Of a stretch of 64,000 nucleotides of DNA, positions 1 to 10,121 are shown one piece after another; position 1 is the first letter of the stretch; each line of letters begins with the position of its first letter. The notes under the pieces are model-generated. The model had not been told where the DNA came from. It was given only the letters and a program-made list of their open reading frames with translations, and did no database searches. This DNA is from an uncultured Eubacteriales bacterium. Its GTDB lineage: Bacteria; Bacillota_I; Bacilli_A; RF39; UBA660. Location of the stretch: contig CAUUHY010000005.1 in assembly GCA_963545265.1 (NCBI GenBank), positions 53 to 64,052 of the forward strand. Reading direction: 5' to 3'. A program made the translations under genes and the position numbers.

Positions 1-22
1 TAAACAATTACGTTCATAACTT

Positions 23-1192
23 CTATATATTTAATTTTTTAATATATTCATATCCTAACAATATTTTTTGAGAAATATTAATATTTTTATTATATATTTC
101 TTTTAGCTTATCCATAACTTTTATCTCACTATCATATAATTCATAAAAACTATCATATGCTTTATAATTAATTTTAAAAATATCATTAAAATCTTTAGAA
201 TTAAGTATAGGATCAACTACCATTTCACTATATTTCCATATTAAATTAGGAGTTTCAAATTCTTCTTTTTTATAACTAGGAAACATTTCTTTCCACTTTT
301 CAAACCAAAAAAAATGCAATATTTCATGAGATGTCGTTTCTATTAATTTTTTTTCATCAACTATACCTATAGAAAAACTGCATGTATCTAAATATCTAGG
401 AAATATAGGTATAATACCAACGTTTGAAATAATTTTAGTTACTTTAAGATTAAAAATGTCAAAATATTCAGATAATCTTTTTAAATATATATCATTATAT
501 TTATTCCATATATTAGTATATTCTGTTATTTTTTGATTTAACATATCAAAGTTATCATTATATTTCTTATTAACGATATCTTCAATTTGTTTATTTATAT
601 CTACATCTTTTTTTATTTCTTTTAATTCTGGAAAAAGAGTAATAACATATTTAAACATATCTAAAGTTTTATCCTTTTCATTATATGCATATTTTACTAA
701 ATCTATGTTTTCTTCTAAAGTCATAACTTTAAATTCAACTATTAAAGATTTCTGATATTTCATATAATATCTACTTTCAGTTTCATCTACTATAATAAAG
801 TTTAATCTTTTATATAAAGAAACAGCTTTTTTATTTTCTTTATAAACCCATAAATAAACAATATTGTTAATATCTAATATATCTTTTATAATTCTTGTTC
901 CTATACCTAAACTTCTATAAGCTTCTTCTAAATATATTTCATCAAGTAATACTCCATCATCTTGCTTTTTTGTCAAAAGACATCCAATAGTTTTATTATT
1001 AAATAGTATTATCTTATATGCTTTTAATTCTTTAGGAATAGAACTATTAATATAATTATTTATTTTAATTTTTTCTTCTTTTGTTAAATTATTAGCATAA
1101 GTATAAATAGTATTACTTTTAGCTTGCTTTAAATAATCTATATCATCTATACTAGCATCTACTAAACTATATTTCATAACAAATCCTTTCAT
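23..1192 (-). CDS. GNAT N-acetyltransferase domain fused to a C-terminal domain of unknown function carrying an HExxH motif (HEILH); last gene of a three-gene operon
   Basis: The N-terminal half has a GNAT motif A (RSLGIGTRII) and the ...VYLWV...AVSLYKRLNF core. The C-terminal half is unrecognised but contains HEILHFFWFEKW. It sits 30 bp downstream of the preceding ORF. Confidence 0.5.
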   Translation of the reverse strand: MKGFVMKYSLVDASIDDIDYLKQAKSNTIYTYANNLTKEEKIKINNYINSSIPKELKAYKIILFNNKTIGCLLTKKQDDGVLLDEIYLEEAYRSLGIGTRIIKDILDINNIVYLWVYKENKKAVSLYKRLNFIIVDETESRYYMKYQKSLIVEFKVMTLEENIDLVKYAYNEKDKTLDMFKYVITLFPELKEIKKDVDINKQIEDIVNKKYNDNFDMLNQKITEYTNIWNKYNDIYLKRLSEYFDIFNLKVTKIISNVGIIPIFPRYLDTCSFSIGIVDEKKLIETTSHEILHFFWFEKWKEMFPSYKKEEFETPNLIWKYSEMVVDPILNSKDFNDIFKINYKAYDSFYELYDSEIKVMDKLKEIYNKNINISQKILLGYEYIKKLNI

Positions 1193-1221
1193 ATATATTT
1201 TTTAAAAGTATATTTAATTTT

Positions 1222-1959
1222 TTATTTTAACATTTTATAATATTCTGATATCCAGTCCCTTCTTTTACCATTTTTTCTTTTATAATTTAAAGAACCATAA
1301 ACATAACCATCATCTTTTGATAATATTTCTATAGTTTCTATTTGATTATAATTTATTTTCCAAACACAACCTTGTAAAATATTACTATCAGTAGTAATAC
1401 ATTTAGAAAAACTTTTCTCTATTATATTACATATTTTTAAAAAGTTTTCATCATTTCTACATTCATTAAATTTATCTTTTCTAACATATGCTTTTAATTC
1501 TTCTTTTGTTATTTTATTTTCTTTTAAAAGTTTTTCAAATTTATCTTTATCAGTTTTATTATCAGGAATATAAAGGTTACTTAACAAAAATGAATATCTT
1601 CTAAAATCTGTTATGAATATTTCTGATTTTTTTACATTGAAAGTAATTTTTACATCAAAACCTTCAACTCTTTTACCTTTATGTTTAGGTGGACAAATAG
1701 AATCATTACATTTTACCCAACACCAAATTGGATATTTAGCTCTAGTTTTATTTTCTACTTTTTTATTCATGTTATTTATAAGCCAGTTATAAGTAGGACC
1801 GACTTTTTCTATATCAACATATTTATTTTCGCATATTAAATAACCATTTTTTATCAAGTATTCTAAAGCTGATTTAGTTTGAAAAGTTATTACTTTCATG
1901 AAAATCCTCAATTCTATATTTTGTTTAAATAAGTATATCATATAGAAGTTATTAATCAT
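1222..1959 (-). CDS. hypothetical protein (Cys/Trp-containing); true start probably the internal Met of MKVITFQTK
   Basis: A long ORF tightly spaced between its neighbours (16 bp and 30 bp gaps). No family recognised. Confidence 0.4.
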   Translation of the reverse strand: MINNFYMIYLFKQNIELRIFMKVITFQTKSALEYLIKNGYLICENKYVDIEKVGPTYNWLINNMNKKVENKTRAKYPIWCWVKCNDSICPPKHKGKRVEGFDVKITFNVKKSEIFITDFRRYSFLLSNLYIPDNKTDKDKFEKLLKENKITKEELKAYVRKDKFNECRNDENFLKICNIIEKSFSKCITTDSNILQGCVWKINYNQIETIEILSKDDGYVYGSLNYKRKNGKRRDWISEYYKMLK

Positions 1960-1974
1960 AAGTATTTTTATATA

Positions 1975-3441
1975 CTAAGGTTTATTTTTAAAAGTTTGTT
2001 TTTTAGCAGATAATATTTCATAACTATAAACATTTACTATAATTTTTATATCATCTATTTCACAATACCATTTACTACCAACTCTATAAATATTACAATT
2101 TTGATCTTTTATTTTATTTCTACAGTAATCTATAACTAAATTACCAGATAAATTTAAGTTTTTTGTTATTCTCATAAATCCTTCATAACTTAAATGAAGT
2201 TTATTTAAATTAGCTAAAAATTCTTCTTTGGTAACATTAATAACTCTTTTTGGATTTTTTAAGTAATCAGTATTTTCATATTTTGCATAATTTATAATCC
2301 AATCCTTATCTTTACTTTCCCACCAATAATTTTTAGACAAAGCAATTTTATCAATAACTCTATATGAATATATATTTTGTAACCTAAAATTACACATATT
2401 TTCTCTTTTTACAACTGCTTCAACTAAATTTTTTTTGTTTCTTGCTTTTCCAATAACTACTCGATAAGCTCCTTCATCTCCCCATTGAGGAGGTGCTACA
2501 TATACTTTTGTTCCAGGTGTAAAAGTCTTTGTTCCATATTTATAAATATGATTTTCACCATATATTCTTCTATCAACAATATTTGCTACCAAACAACATC
2601 TAATAGAATTATCGTATTCTATTTCATTATTTCTATATTCATCTTCTTTTTCATATTTAGATAATAATTTATCAGAAATTAAATATTCTTTTACAGAACC
2701 ATTTCTTATAAAACGGTTAATAATATAATTATAAATTAAAGGATTATTATTGTTTAATATGTCACTGTTTTGTAATTTTATAATAGCTTTCATTCTATTA
2801 ATTCTTCCTAGTTTTTTTATAATATCTAGTGCTTTTCTTGCCAAATACTCATATTTTAAATTTTTTACTATTCCATTTGAAACATTTCTAATATCACTAT
2901 TTATTTTTACTATATTATCCCACTTTTTACTATAATTTTTAATTTCATCTAAAGATAAAACTCTTTCATCTATTTTATTTTTTAACATATCATTCATAGT
3001 TAAACTATTCTTATGAAAATTATCAATGTTAATAACTTTTATTTCTTTTTCTTTTATTAACTCATAAAATTCATTACAAAAATATAGTAAATTCAAATAA
3101 CTATTACTATCATTTTGATCAACCCATAACCTTATTTTTCTATATTTATTTACTTCTTCTTTTATATAATTTAAATTATTTACTTCATAAGCATATATTT
3201 TTCTATTAAATTCTTTATCCATATATTCAATACAAGTTAAATGTCTAAATAAAGAAGCTATATCACCAGTTGCTAGTTCTAGTTCAATTCTCAAAATAGA
3301 ATTAGCATTTATACTATTTTTTAAATCTCCTAATTCATATAAAGTAGAAACAATCTCTAAAGTAGAAGAATAATTTAAACTATCACGATATAAACTAATT
3401 GTATATATTTCATTTTGATTAATTGTTTTGTATTTTTCCAT
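1975..3441 (-). CDS. hypothetical 488-aa protein, first gene of the three-gene operon
   Basis: A long ORF with a 310-bp AT-rich upstream region. The C-terminal third has a possible PUA/ASCH-like segment (GTKTFTPGTKVYVAPPQWGDEGAYRVVIGKAR), which is a weak call. Confidence 0.4.
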   Translation of the reverse strand: MEKYKTINQNEIYTISLYRDSLNYSSTLEIVSTLYELGDLKNSINANSILRIELELATGDIASLFRHLTCIEYMDKEFNRKIYAYEVNNLNYIKEEVNKYRKIRLWVDQNDSNSYLNLLYFCNEFYELIKEKEIKVINIDNFHKNSLTMNDMLKNKIDERVLSLDEIKNYSKKWDNIVKINSDIRNVSNGIVKNLKYEYLARKALDIIKKLGRINRMKAIIKLQNSDILNNNNPLIYNYIINRFIRNGSVKEYLISDKLLSKYEKEDEYRNNEIEYDNSIRCCLVANIVDRRIYGENHIYKYGTKTFTPGTKVYVAPPQWGDEGAYRVVIGKARNKKNLVEAVVKRENMCNFRLQNIYSYRVIDKIALSKNYWWESKDKDWIINYAKYENTDYLKNPKRVINVTKEEFLANLNKLHLSYEGFMRITKNLNLSGNLVIDYCRNKIKDQNCNIYRVGSKWYCEIDDIKIIVNVYSYEILSAKKQTFKNKP

Positions 3442-3751
3442 AAAAACACCTTTAAGATAATTATAACACTCTTTAATATTTTTAAATTAAAAAACCAGCT
3501 ATTAAACCACTCCATTTGGAACAATTCAATAAACTGGTTACATTCTTATTGTCTTCGTTTAAATCAACAATATTTACTCTAACATCAACTATAAATAATT
3601 ATAAAATGTAATATATAAATTTTAAACTTTAATTTAAAAATAAATTATAATTTGTTTTAGAACAAATATACAAAATAATAACAACAAGAATGTATGGCTA
3701 AAAATATTTATTTTTATTTAATCCACAAAATAACTTAGTAGAACCAATAAA

Positions 3752-4252
3752 TTATATAGTAAATTCTATAGAATTCAACTTAGAAATTTCAAAATCTGTC
3801 TTTTGGATTTCACTATCTATTTCTTCAAGTTTTTTTCTTAATTTCTTTCTATCAAAATTTAATGTCTTAGATTCAAAATATGAATTATTTACTTCTGTAA
3901 CTCTTTTTTTACTATTTTTTAATGTTAATAAATTTTCATATGTTGTCTTAATTTTTCTTAAATTAGTATTATCAACTATTGCTTCTTGTATAGTTCTACC
4001 ATCACTTAATTTAAATTCATTGTTTTTTTTATATAAAATAGCTTTTAATTTTGATAACTCTTTAGAAGTTTTTTCTATATCTTCAAGATTTAAATCAAAT
4101 TCTTCTTTATTATCTTCAATCAAATTAGCTCTACCATCAAGTTCTTCTATAGATATATTTAAAGCATAATCTTCTATACTATACACTTTTGAATTTAAAA
4201 TTTTTTCTGTTTCTGAAATCAAATTCATTAGTGCTGATATATTTGTTTTCAT
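3752..4252 (-). CDS. hypothetical coiled-coil protein
   Basis: ORF only. It is rich in K/E/L heptads. Confidence 0.35.
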   Translation of the reverse strand: MKTNISALMNLISETEKILNSKVYSIEDYALNISIEELDGRANLIEDNKEEFDLNLEDIEKTSKELSKLKAILYKKNNEFKLSDGRTIQEAIVDNTNLRKIKTTYENLLTLKNSKKRVTEVNNSYFESKTLNFDRKKLRKKLEEIDSEIQKTDFEISKLNSIEFTI

Positions 4253-4439
4253 TTTATTGTTCTCCTTTTATCATTTATATTCTACTATATATCAAAAGAA
4301 AAGAATATTACAAATAATATTCTATTTTAATTTTTTAACTAATTTTTTCTGTTAAATCTAAATCTACTAATGTATCTATTCCTCTTTCTAGTAATTTTTC
4401 TGCTACTTTTTTAACACAATCACTACTATCACCAATTTA

Positions 4440-4698
4440 TTGACATTTTTTATTTCTTCTAAATTCGTTTATCACTTTCTCAAACCTAAAAATATGTTCT
4501 AGCAATAACTCTTTCTTCGCTCATAATTATAGTGTAATCTTTTCCTAATTTTTTTAGCTATCCTTCGTAATTATCAAAATATCTATCTAAACCACCTGAA
4601 TCATTAATATCAGATTTGTATTCATAATATTCATTAATATACTCGATTGCATTATTTTTTCTTTCAATCGATGGTACATCAAAATATAATTTTTCCAT
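4440..4698 (-). pseudogene. decayed paralog of the GNAT acetyltransferase at 6880-7482 (nonsense mutations)
   Basis: The minus-strand translation gives MEKLYFDVPSIERKNNAIEYINEYYEYKSDINDSGGLDRYFDNYEG*LKKLGKDYTIIMSEERVIARTYF*. This aligns with MEKFYLEKPTLKRKEEAIDYFNEHIKYNVDMNDTGGINQFLKESTYENWLKKL... of the intact gene. A TAG replaces the conserved Trp codon, and further stops follow. Confidence 0.5.
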
Positions 4699-4807
4699 TT
4701 ATCATTACTCCATATTATATATTCATATATAATTATGTCATATTTTTCTATTTTCTCTCTTACATTATAAAAAGCACAAAACTATTTGAGTTATTGTGCT
4801 TATGATT

Positions 4808-5236
4808 TTAATTAAATTGTCCTTTTCTTTGTTTTACTAATATAGCTCCTTTTTTCTTTGCCCATTTATATGGACTACCTACTCCATAAGGTCTTGGATA
4901 ATTATCGTAGCCATTCTTATCATTAAAGCCATATAAATAAGCCATATCATTACTATATCTAATCATTCCATTTTGTTTTAAATAGTCAAATAAATCTTCA
5001 TCTATATCATAGTTACCAATCAATTGAGAATCTTCTCCATTATTACTTGCTGGAACATTATACTTGTAATATTTCTTTTCATCCCACATAACAAATCTTG
5101 GTTTTAATTCTATTTTTTTAAAAGAACAAACACCTAGAGTTGGACAATCCATTGTATTATCATTAAACACGATAAACTCAAAAGTATTATTATCAAACGA
5201 TGTTGCATAAAATTTACCAATTTCATATTTTTCCAT
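4808..5236 (-). CDS. hypothetical protein
   Basis: ORF only. Confidence 0.35.
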   Translation of the reverse strand: MEKYEIGKFYATSFDNNTFEFIVFNDNTMDCPTLGVCSFKKIELKPRFVMWDEKKYYKYNVPASNNGEDSQLIGNYDIDEDLFDYLKQNGMIRYSNDMAYLYGFNDKNGYDNYPRPYGVGSPYKWAKKKGAILVKQRKGQFN

Positions 5237-5282
5237 ATAAATTTCACTTCCTCTCTTTTTAGTGAATCACCTATAAAAAATA

Positions 5283-5322
5283 AAAAAAGCACGGTAAATC
5301 ACTAAATAGTGACTCCGTACTT
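5283..5322 (-). terminator. Rho-independent terminator-like hairpin (ACGG-AGTCACT-ATTT-AGTGATT-ACCGT followed by a U-run on the minus strand)
   Basis: A GC-containing inverted repeat followed by TTTTTTTATTTTTT on the minus strand. It lies about 270 bp downstream of the hydrolase gene stop. Confidence 0.4.
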
Positions 5323-5593
5323 TGAAAAGTTCGTGTAGGCAAATACCCAAGATAGCTCAATATAAATATTTTATATCTCCTCACTTGGTTAATATTATAC
5401 ACCATTTTTTTAATTTTTCCAATTTCTATTGTTTAATCCATTCCAGTAATATATTCATCTTCTATTTTATCAGAACATCTTGATACAAATCTTTGTCTTC
5501 TAAACGCTTCTTAACCACATCCTTTTAAGTATATTTCTCTCTAAAGTGTTCCATAACATTTATATATTCTATCCAATATTTATCTACTAATAT

Positions 5594-6610
5594 TTATTTC
5601 ATGTGAGAAGAAATAATACTTGAATTATATGCATTATTTATGATTGGGTCAGCTAGCTCACCAACTCCTTTTCCTGATCTATTATTATGTGATCTTCCAG
5701 GAATTACATAATGTTCTATCTTTATTCCCATTGCTTTTAACGCTTCGACTGTTTTTTGTGCTCTTTCAAACATATTATATCCAAAAATTTCTCTTTGTTT
5801 TCTTCCAACTGATGAAGGAACACTTACATCAAAATAACTCATATCATGCATTGGTGCAGGATTTCCATCATCATCAAATCTAGTATTAACTTTATTTATA
5901 GTTTCTAATTCACCAACATAATATGTAAAATCAATTTCACAATAGCTATCCATGTCAAATTCTTTACCTGTTAATTCTTTATAATCAGATATACCAATTG
6001 GATAACCAATATTCTTAATTGGGACTGGTATACTCCCACTTGCTCCTCCAATACATGCGGTATGTATTAATTCAGGATGTAATAGTGAAAATCTTTGTGC
6101 GAAAACTCCAGAACTCGAATAACCATTTAAAAATATTTTATCTTCTAAATCCACTCCTATTTCTTCTTTAACAGTTATTTTAGCTTCATCAATCATTTTA
6201 ACTATTTGCTCATCTATTCTATAGCAATTGTCTTCTGGTTCTAATTCAAAGCATCCTCTTGATAATTGTTGAAAATATATTGAATTTTTACCATTTGGAA
6301 TTAAAGGAACAAGAATTACTCCAGGTTTATCTTTGGTTAAATTAACTAATTTAGCTCCAGTTTCTATACCTTGATTTATTATATTTTCAAAATTATCAGT
6401 TTCAAAATTATTCGATTCTAAAATAATTCTTTTGCTTATTTTTTCACACAATGGTATAGCTATAATACTAGGAATATTTATTCCTTTTTCAAAATCAGGT
6501 TTTTGAAATCTAATTTTATATGGTATTTGATTAATAACATAATCTAAATCAACATTTCTACCTTCTTTTATTTCTTTAGAAATATATTCTAATAATTTTT
6601 CATTTTCCAT
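5594..6610 (-). CDS. alpha/beta-hydrolase fold protein (esterase/lipase-like)
   Basis: A GxSxG nucleophile elbow (GYSSSG) is followed downstream by conserved Asp/His-containing segments. Confidence 0.6.
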   Translation of the reverse strand: MENEKLLEYISKEIKEGRNVDLDYVINQIPYKIRFQKPDFEKGINIPSIIAIPLCEKISKRIILESNNFETDNFENIINQGIETGAKLVNLTKDKPGVILVPLIPNGKNSIYFQQLSRGCFELEPEDNCYRIDEQIVKMIDEAKITVKEEIGVDLEDKIFLNGYSSSGVFAQRFSLLHPELIHTACIGGASGSIPVPIKNIGYPIGISDYKELTGKEFDMDSYCEIDFTYYVGELETINKVNTRFDDDGNPAPMHDMSYFDVSVPSSVGRKQREIFGYNMFERAQKTVEALKAMGIKIEHYVIPGRSHNNRSGKGVGELADPIINNAYNSSIISSHMK

Positions 6611-6879
6611 AAAATCGCCTTATAATAATTATACAATATATTTTCTTAATATATTTGTTTTTAATATTATTTATTATATAAAGATAATTTTTATAAAAAG
6701 TGTAAATATTCTAAATTTTAAAATTTTCATCGATATAAAATTTTTGTTTTAGAAAAAACACACTATAAACAACTATAATGTGTTATTACTAATTTTCCTT
6801 TTTTTATTTATATACTATTTTTCTAGCTACTATATCATATTAAGATATTATATCATTAAGAATATCACATACATAACAA

Positions 6880-7482
6880 CTAATAATTTGCTATAAATGG
6901 TTCATATAATTTTTTATATTTTTCAATAGATTTATCTACATCAATCCAATAATAATTTGTTAATTCGTTATCCCACTTATCTATTTTAGATTCTTTTAAT
7001 TCTCCTCCTAGTGCTTGTATCGTCTTATTTGATCCTATATTATTCACTAAACATTCTAATAATACTTTCTTTTCACCTATTTTTTGCTCTTCTAATAAAG
7101 CTAAATATAAGTTTATTTTATTATAACCTTTTCTTCTTTCTGTAGGTCTAATTCCATAACCAATATGTGAACAACCTTTAGCAATCAATTCTTTTGTTAC
7201 ATTATATCTTAAATTTACCATACCTATTATTTTATTATCATTTTGCCTAATAAGAAAATACGTTATTGATGGAGCCCATCCAATATTATTCATATAATTA
7301 AGATTAGTTTTTTTCTCTAATTTTTTTAACCAATTTTCATAAGTTGATTCTTTTAAAAATTGATTAATGCCACCAGTATCATTCATATCAACATTATATT
7401 TTATATGTTCATTAAAATAATCTATTGCTTCTTCTTTTCTTTTTAATGTAGGTTTTTCTAAATAAAACTTTTCCATTACCAC
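6880..7482 (-). CDS. GNAT family N-acetyltransferase
   Basis: Acetyl-CoA binding motif (IGYGIRPTERRKGYNKINLYLALLE) and a GNAT beta-alpha core. It is the last gene of an apparent operon with the two genes upstream. Confidence 0.65.
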   Translation of the reverse strand: MVMEKFYLEKPTLKRKEEAIDYFNEHIKYNVDMNDTGGINQFLKESTYENWLKKLEKKTNLNYMNNIGWAPSITYFLIRQNDNKIIGMVNLRYNVTKELIAKGCSHIGYGIRPTERRKGYNKINLYLALLEEQKIGEKKVLLECLVNNIGSNKTIQALGGELKESKIDKWDNELTNYYWIDVDKSIEKYKKLYEPFIANY

Positions 7483-7529
7483 CTCTTATTCATAATTATA
7501 TAACTGTTACTTCATTATAAAAATAGAAT

Positions 7530-8519
7530 TTAAAGATGTTTCCCACATTCTAAATTTTTTGTTTCCATTATGGTTATAATTGAATTGTTTGAAGTTTTAG
7601 CTTTAACCTCATAATTATCTTGCTTTTGAGTATCTAATTGATAATCAACCATTAAATCAACGCTATCTTTAATTATAGATGCATCATATCTATCTTTAGG
7701 TCTAGAATTCTTTTTAGCATTATAAATACTTTCTAAACTTTGCATTCTATATGGAATATTGTTATGTAATCTAATATCATTTGAAAATACCATTTTAGCA
7801 TAATTAGGTGCTAAATGTTTCTCATTAACTAACAATTCTTCACTTTGATTTTTACCCTTATGATAATACTCTTTGATAACTATTTCATCATTAGGCTTTC
7901 TCTCAAACAAGAACAACCCAATACTCATAGGTGTTTCTTTATATTGGATTTTAAATTCATGCCCATTTTCTTCTTTATTATCCATATTACTTATAAATTC
8001 AAATTCATCACTTTCATTTATAAGTTCATATAAAGAATATAATTGCTTTTCATTTATAAATAAATCTAAGTCACTATGATATCTTTCTAAAGAATGATTA
8101 GTTGCTAAATATCCCATTAATCCACCAGTATAATAAGCATCAAATTTAGTTCTAATTATTTGATTAAATTTATCAAACGCTTCTATTACTAATCTATGAT
8201 TATCAGATAATGACATTTGTAAATCCATCATATTCATACTCTTTAACCAATTTAGTCTTGTCATTAAATCTTCTTTTGTAGAATATTTATCAGATAGCGA
8301 TGTAATTAAATCTATATTATGAAAAACATCTTCTGGCTTGATTCTCATTGTTTCTACCAAATTATTAATATTAACTAACAAATAGTCAATGACATCTTCC
8401 TCATTCATAGTAGATAAATTTAAAATCAATTTATTACAAAGATTTTCATCATTAACATTAGCTAAATTTGAAAATTTATAAACAATTTTCTTAATTTGTT
8501 CTTTTTGTAAATCCGTCAT
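7530..8519 (-). CDS. nucleotidyltransferase-fold protein with a LinA/Lnu(A)-like active-site signature and an N-terminal ~110-aa extension
   Basis: YYTGGLMGYLATNHSLERYHSDLDLFINE matches the GGxG-x10-RxHxD[IL]D[IL] signature of lincosamide and aminoglycoside nucleotidyltransferases (Pol-beta superfamily). Confidence 0.5.
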   Translation of the reverse strand: MTDLQKEQIKKIVYKFSNLANVNDENLCNKLILNLSTMNEEDVIDYLLVNINNLVETMRIKPEDVFHNIDLITSLSDKYSTKEDLMTRLNWLKSMNMMDLQMSLSDNHRLVIEAFDKFNQIIRTKFDAYYTGGLMGYLATNHSLERYHSDLDLFINEKQLYSLYELINESDEFEFISNMDNKEENGHEFKIQYKETPMSIGLFLFERKPNDEIVIKEYYHKGKNQSEELLVNEKHLAPNYAKMVFSNDIRLHNNIPYRMQSLESIYNAKKNSRPKDRYDASIIKDSVDLMVDYQLDTQKQDNYEVKAKTSNNSIITIMETKNLECGKHL

Positions 8520-8561
8520 TTTTATTAATACCTTCTTTATGTAGATTATATCATATGTTTT

Positions 8562-9698
8562 TTATGGTAATTTGACCTCAAAATTTATATCAACAGTTTT
8601 TTTGAAATCTGGTGCAACTTCACTCAATATACTTTCATAATGCTTTTTACCTAGTAGACCACTCATAATTCTTAAATAACTTTCATAACGTTCTGGACTA
8701 ATTAATCCACTTGCTACTCCTTGTTTAACTATACAAGAATCATAAGGTTCATTAAAATGAAGACAATCATTATACTTACATTTATCTTTCCAATTTTCAA
8801 ATTCAGGAAAATAGTCTTGTATTTCAGTTGGATTAAAAGTTGAAACATCTAAGCTTCTTATACCTGGTGTATCTATAATAGAAGAATTATCTTCCCATAC
8901 ATAGTATTTTGAAGTTGTTGTTGTATGTCTTCCACGTTTACTTTTGTTACTTACATGGCTTGTTTTAATCTCTTCATCACCCATAATTGCATTAGTAAGA
9001 GAGGATTTACCAACTCCACTATTTCCAACAAATATAGATTGTTTATTTATCAAACGAGATTTTAATTCATCTATACCAATATTACCATAAGTAGATGTTT
9101 CAATTACATCTATTCCTAAATTTCTATACGTTGCTAAAATTTCTTCATCTTCATCAGTTTTTAAATCACATTTATTTAAACAAATTATTGCAGGAATATT
9201 ACTATTTTGAAGAATCATTAAATATCTATCAATAAATTTAGGATGTAATGGGGGTTCTTTTGCAGCAACAACAATTACTGCCAAATCAACATTTGAAGCA
9301 ATATTCTTTTTTGATCCAACATCATTTAATCTTGTGCTATCTTTTTTTATTCTTGATAGCATTGAAGTTCTATTTAATAAATGATTAATCACATATGAAT
9401 CATTTACTTTTTCTAAATCTACTTTATCACCAGGAAAAACAACTTGATTGCAAACTAAATTAATATCTTTTCTTAATTTAGCTAATATAACTTCTCTATT
9501 ATAAAAAATATATGCTTCATCATATCTAACTTCTATAACAACTCCATATTCATCACAAGAATCAATAATAAAGTTATCTAGCGTTTCACTTTTTTTGCCA
9601 AAAGATTTTTCTTTAGCTCTCTGTTTTTTTTCTATACTTTTTTTTGTTTTAAAACTATCATAAGCATTATAATGTGGCATTAAAATCATTCCTTTCAT
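8562..9698 (-). CDS. rsgA: ribosome small-subunit-dependent GTPase A (RsgA/YjeQ, circularly permuted GTPase) with a Lys-rich N-terminal extension
   Basis: N-terminal OB-fold region, permuted G-motifs (NKCDL ... VGNSGVGKSSL ... DTPG) and a C-terminal C-x-C-x-H...C zinc finger (CKYNDCLHFNEPYDSC). Confidence 0.7.
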   Translation of the reverse strand: MKGMILMPHYNAYDSFKTKKSIEKKQRAKEKSFGKKSETLDNFIIDSCDEYGVVIEVRYDEAYIFYNREVILAKLRKDINLVCNQVVFPGDKVDLEKVNDSYVINHLLNRTSMLSRIKKDSTRLNDVGSKKNIASNVDLAVIVVAAKEPPLHPKFIDRYLMILQNSNIPAIICLNKCDLKTDEDEEILATYRNLGIDVIETSTYGNIGIDELKSRLINKQSIFVGNSGVGKSSLTNAIMGDEEIKTSHVSNKSKRGRHTTTTSKYYVWEDNSSIIDTPGIRSLDVSTFNPTEIQDYFPEFENWKDKCKYNDCLHFNEPYDSCIVKQGVASGLISPERYESYLRIMSGLLGKKHYESILSEVAPDFKKTVDINFEVKLP

Positions 9699-10037
9699 AT
9701 AAGAATAATAACTTAATTATATTGTATCAAATTTTATTATAATAAAATTTTAATATCTAATGACAGCTATTTAATCATCTAAATCATAATAGTCAACTGT
9801 TTTTCTATCCTTGTAAATGTTTACACTTCCATCTTTTTTTATAATGTTTTCTCTTCTTATTATCTATGAAAATGATATGTTTGCAGTTCTTCATAGTTTA
9901 TTTTCCCTTAATAATTTTTAATATTATTAAGTATAATATAAAAAAACACAATATAAATAACTTTGATTTGTTTTTTAATAATAATTAAAGATTCTTCTTC
10001 AACCATATTTTCTCTCATAACTTGTTTATATTATAAA

Positions 10038-10071
10038 AATACTAAACTAGTATAAATTAGTTTAGTATTTT
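10038..10071 (-). terminator. intrinsic terminator (perfect 12-bp stem AAATACTAAACT/AGTTTAGTATTT) downstream of the 10122-10931 gene
   Basis: A perfect inverted repeat followed by a T-run on the minus strand. Confidence 0.45.
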
Positions 10072-10121
10072 TCACAATTTTACTTCTCTTAGTAGATTAA
10101 AAATATATCTGAATAAAAAAA

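Noticed and set aside
8562-9698. The RsgA-like GTPase as a defence-system GTPase (GIMAP/McrB-like)
   Set aside because: It carries the full circularly permuted RsgA motif set, the OB-fold and the C-terminal zinc finger. The canonical ribosome-biogenesis factor is the more parsimonious call; only the genomic context is odd.
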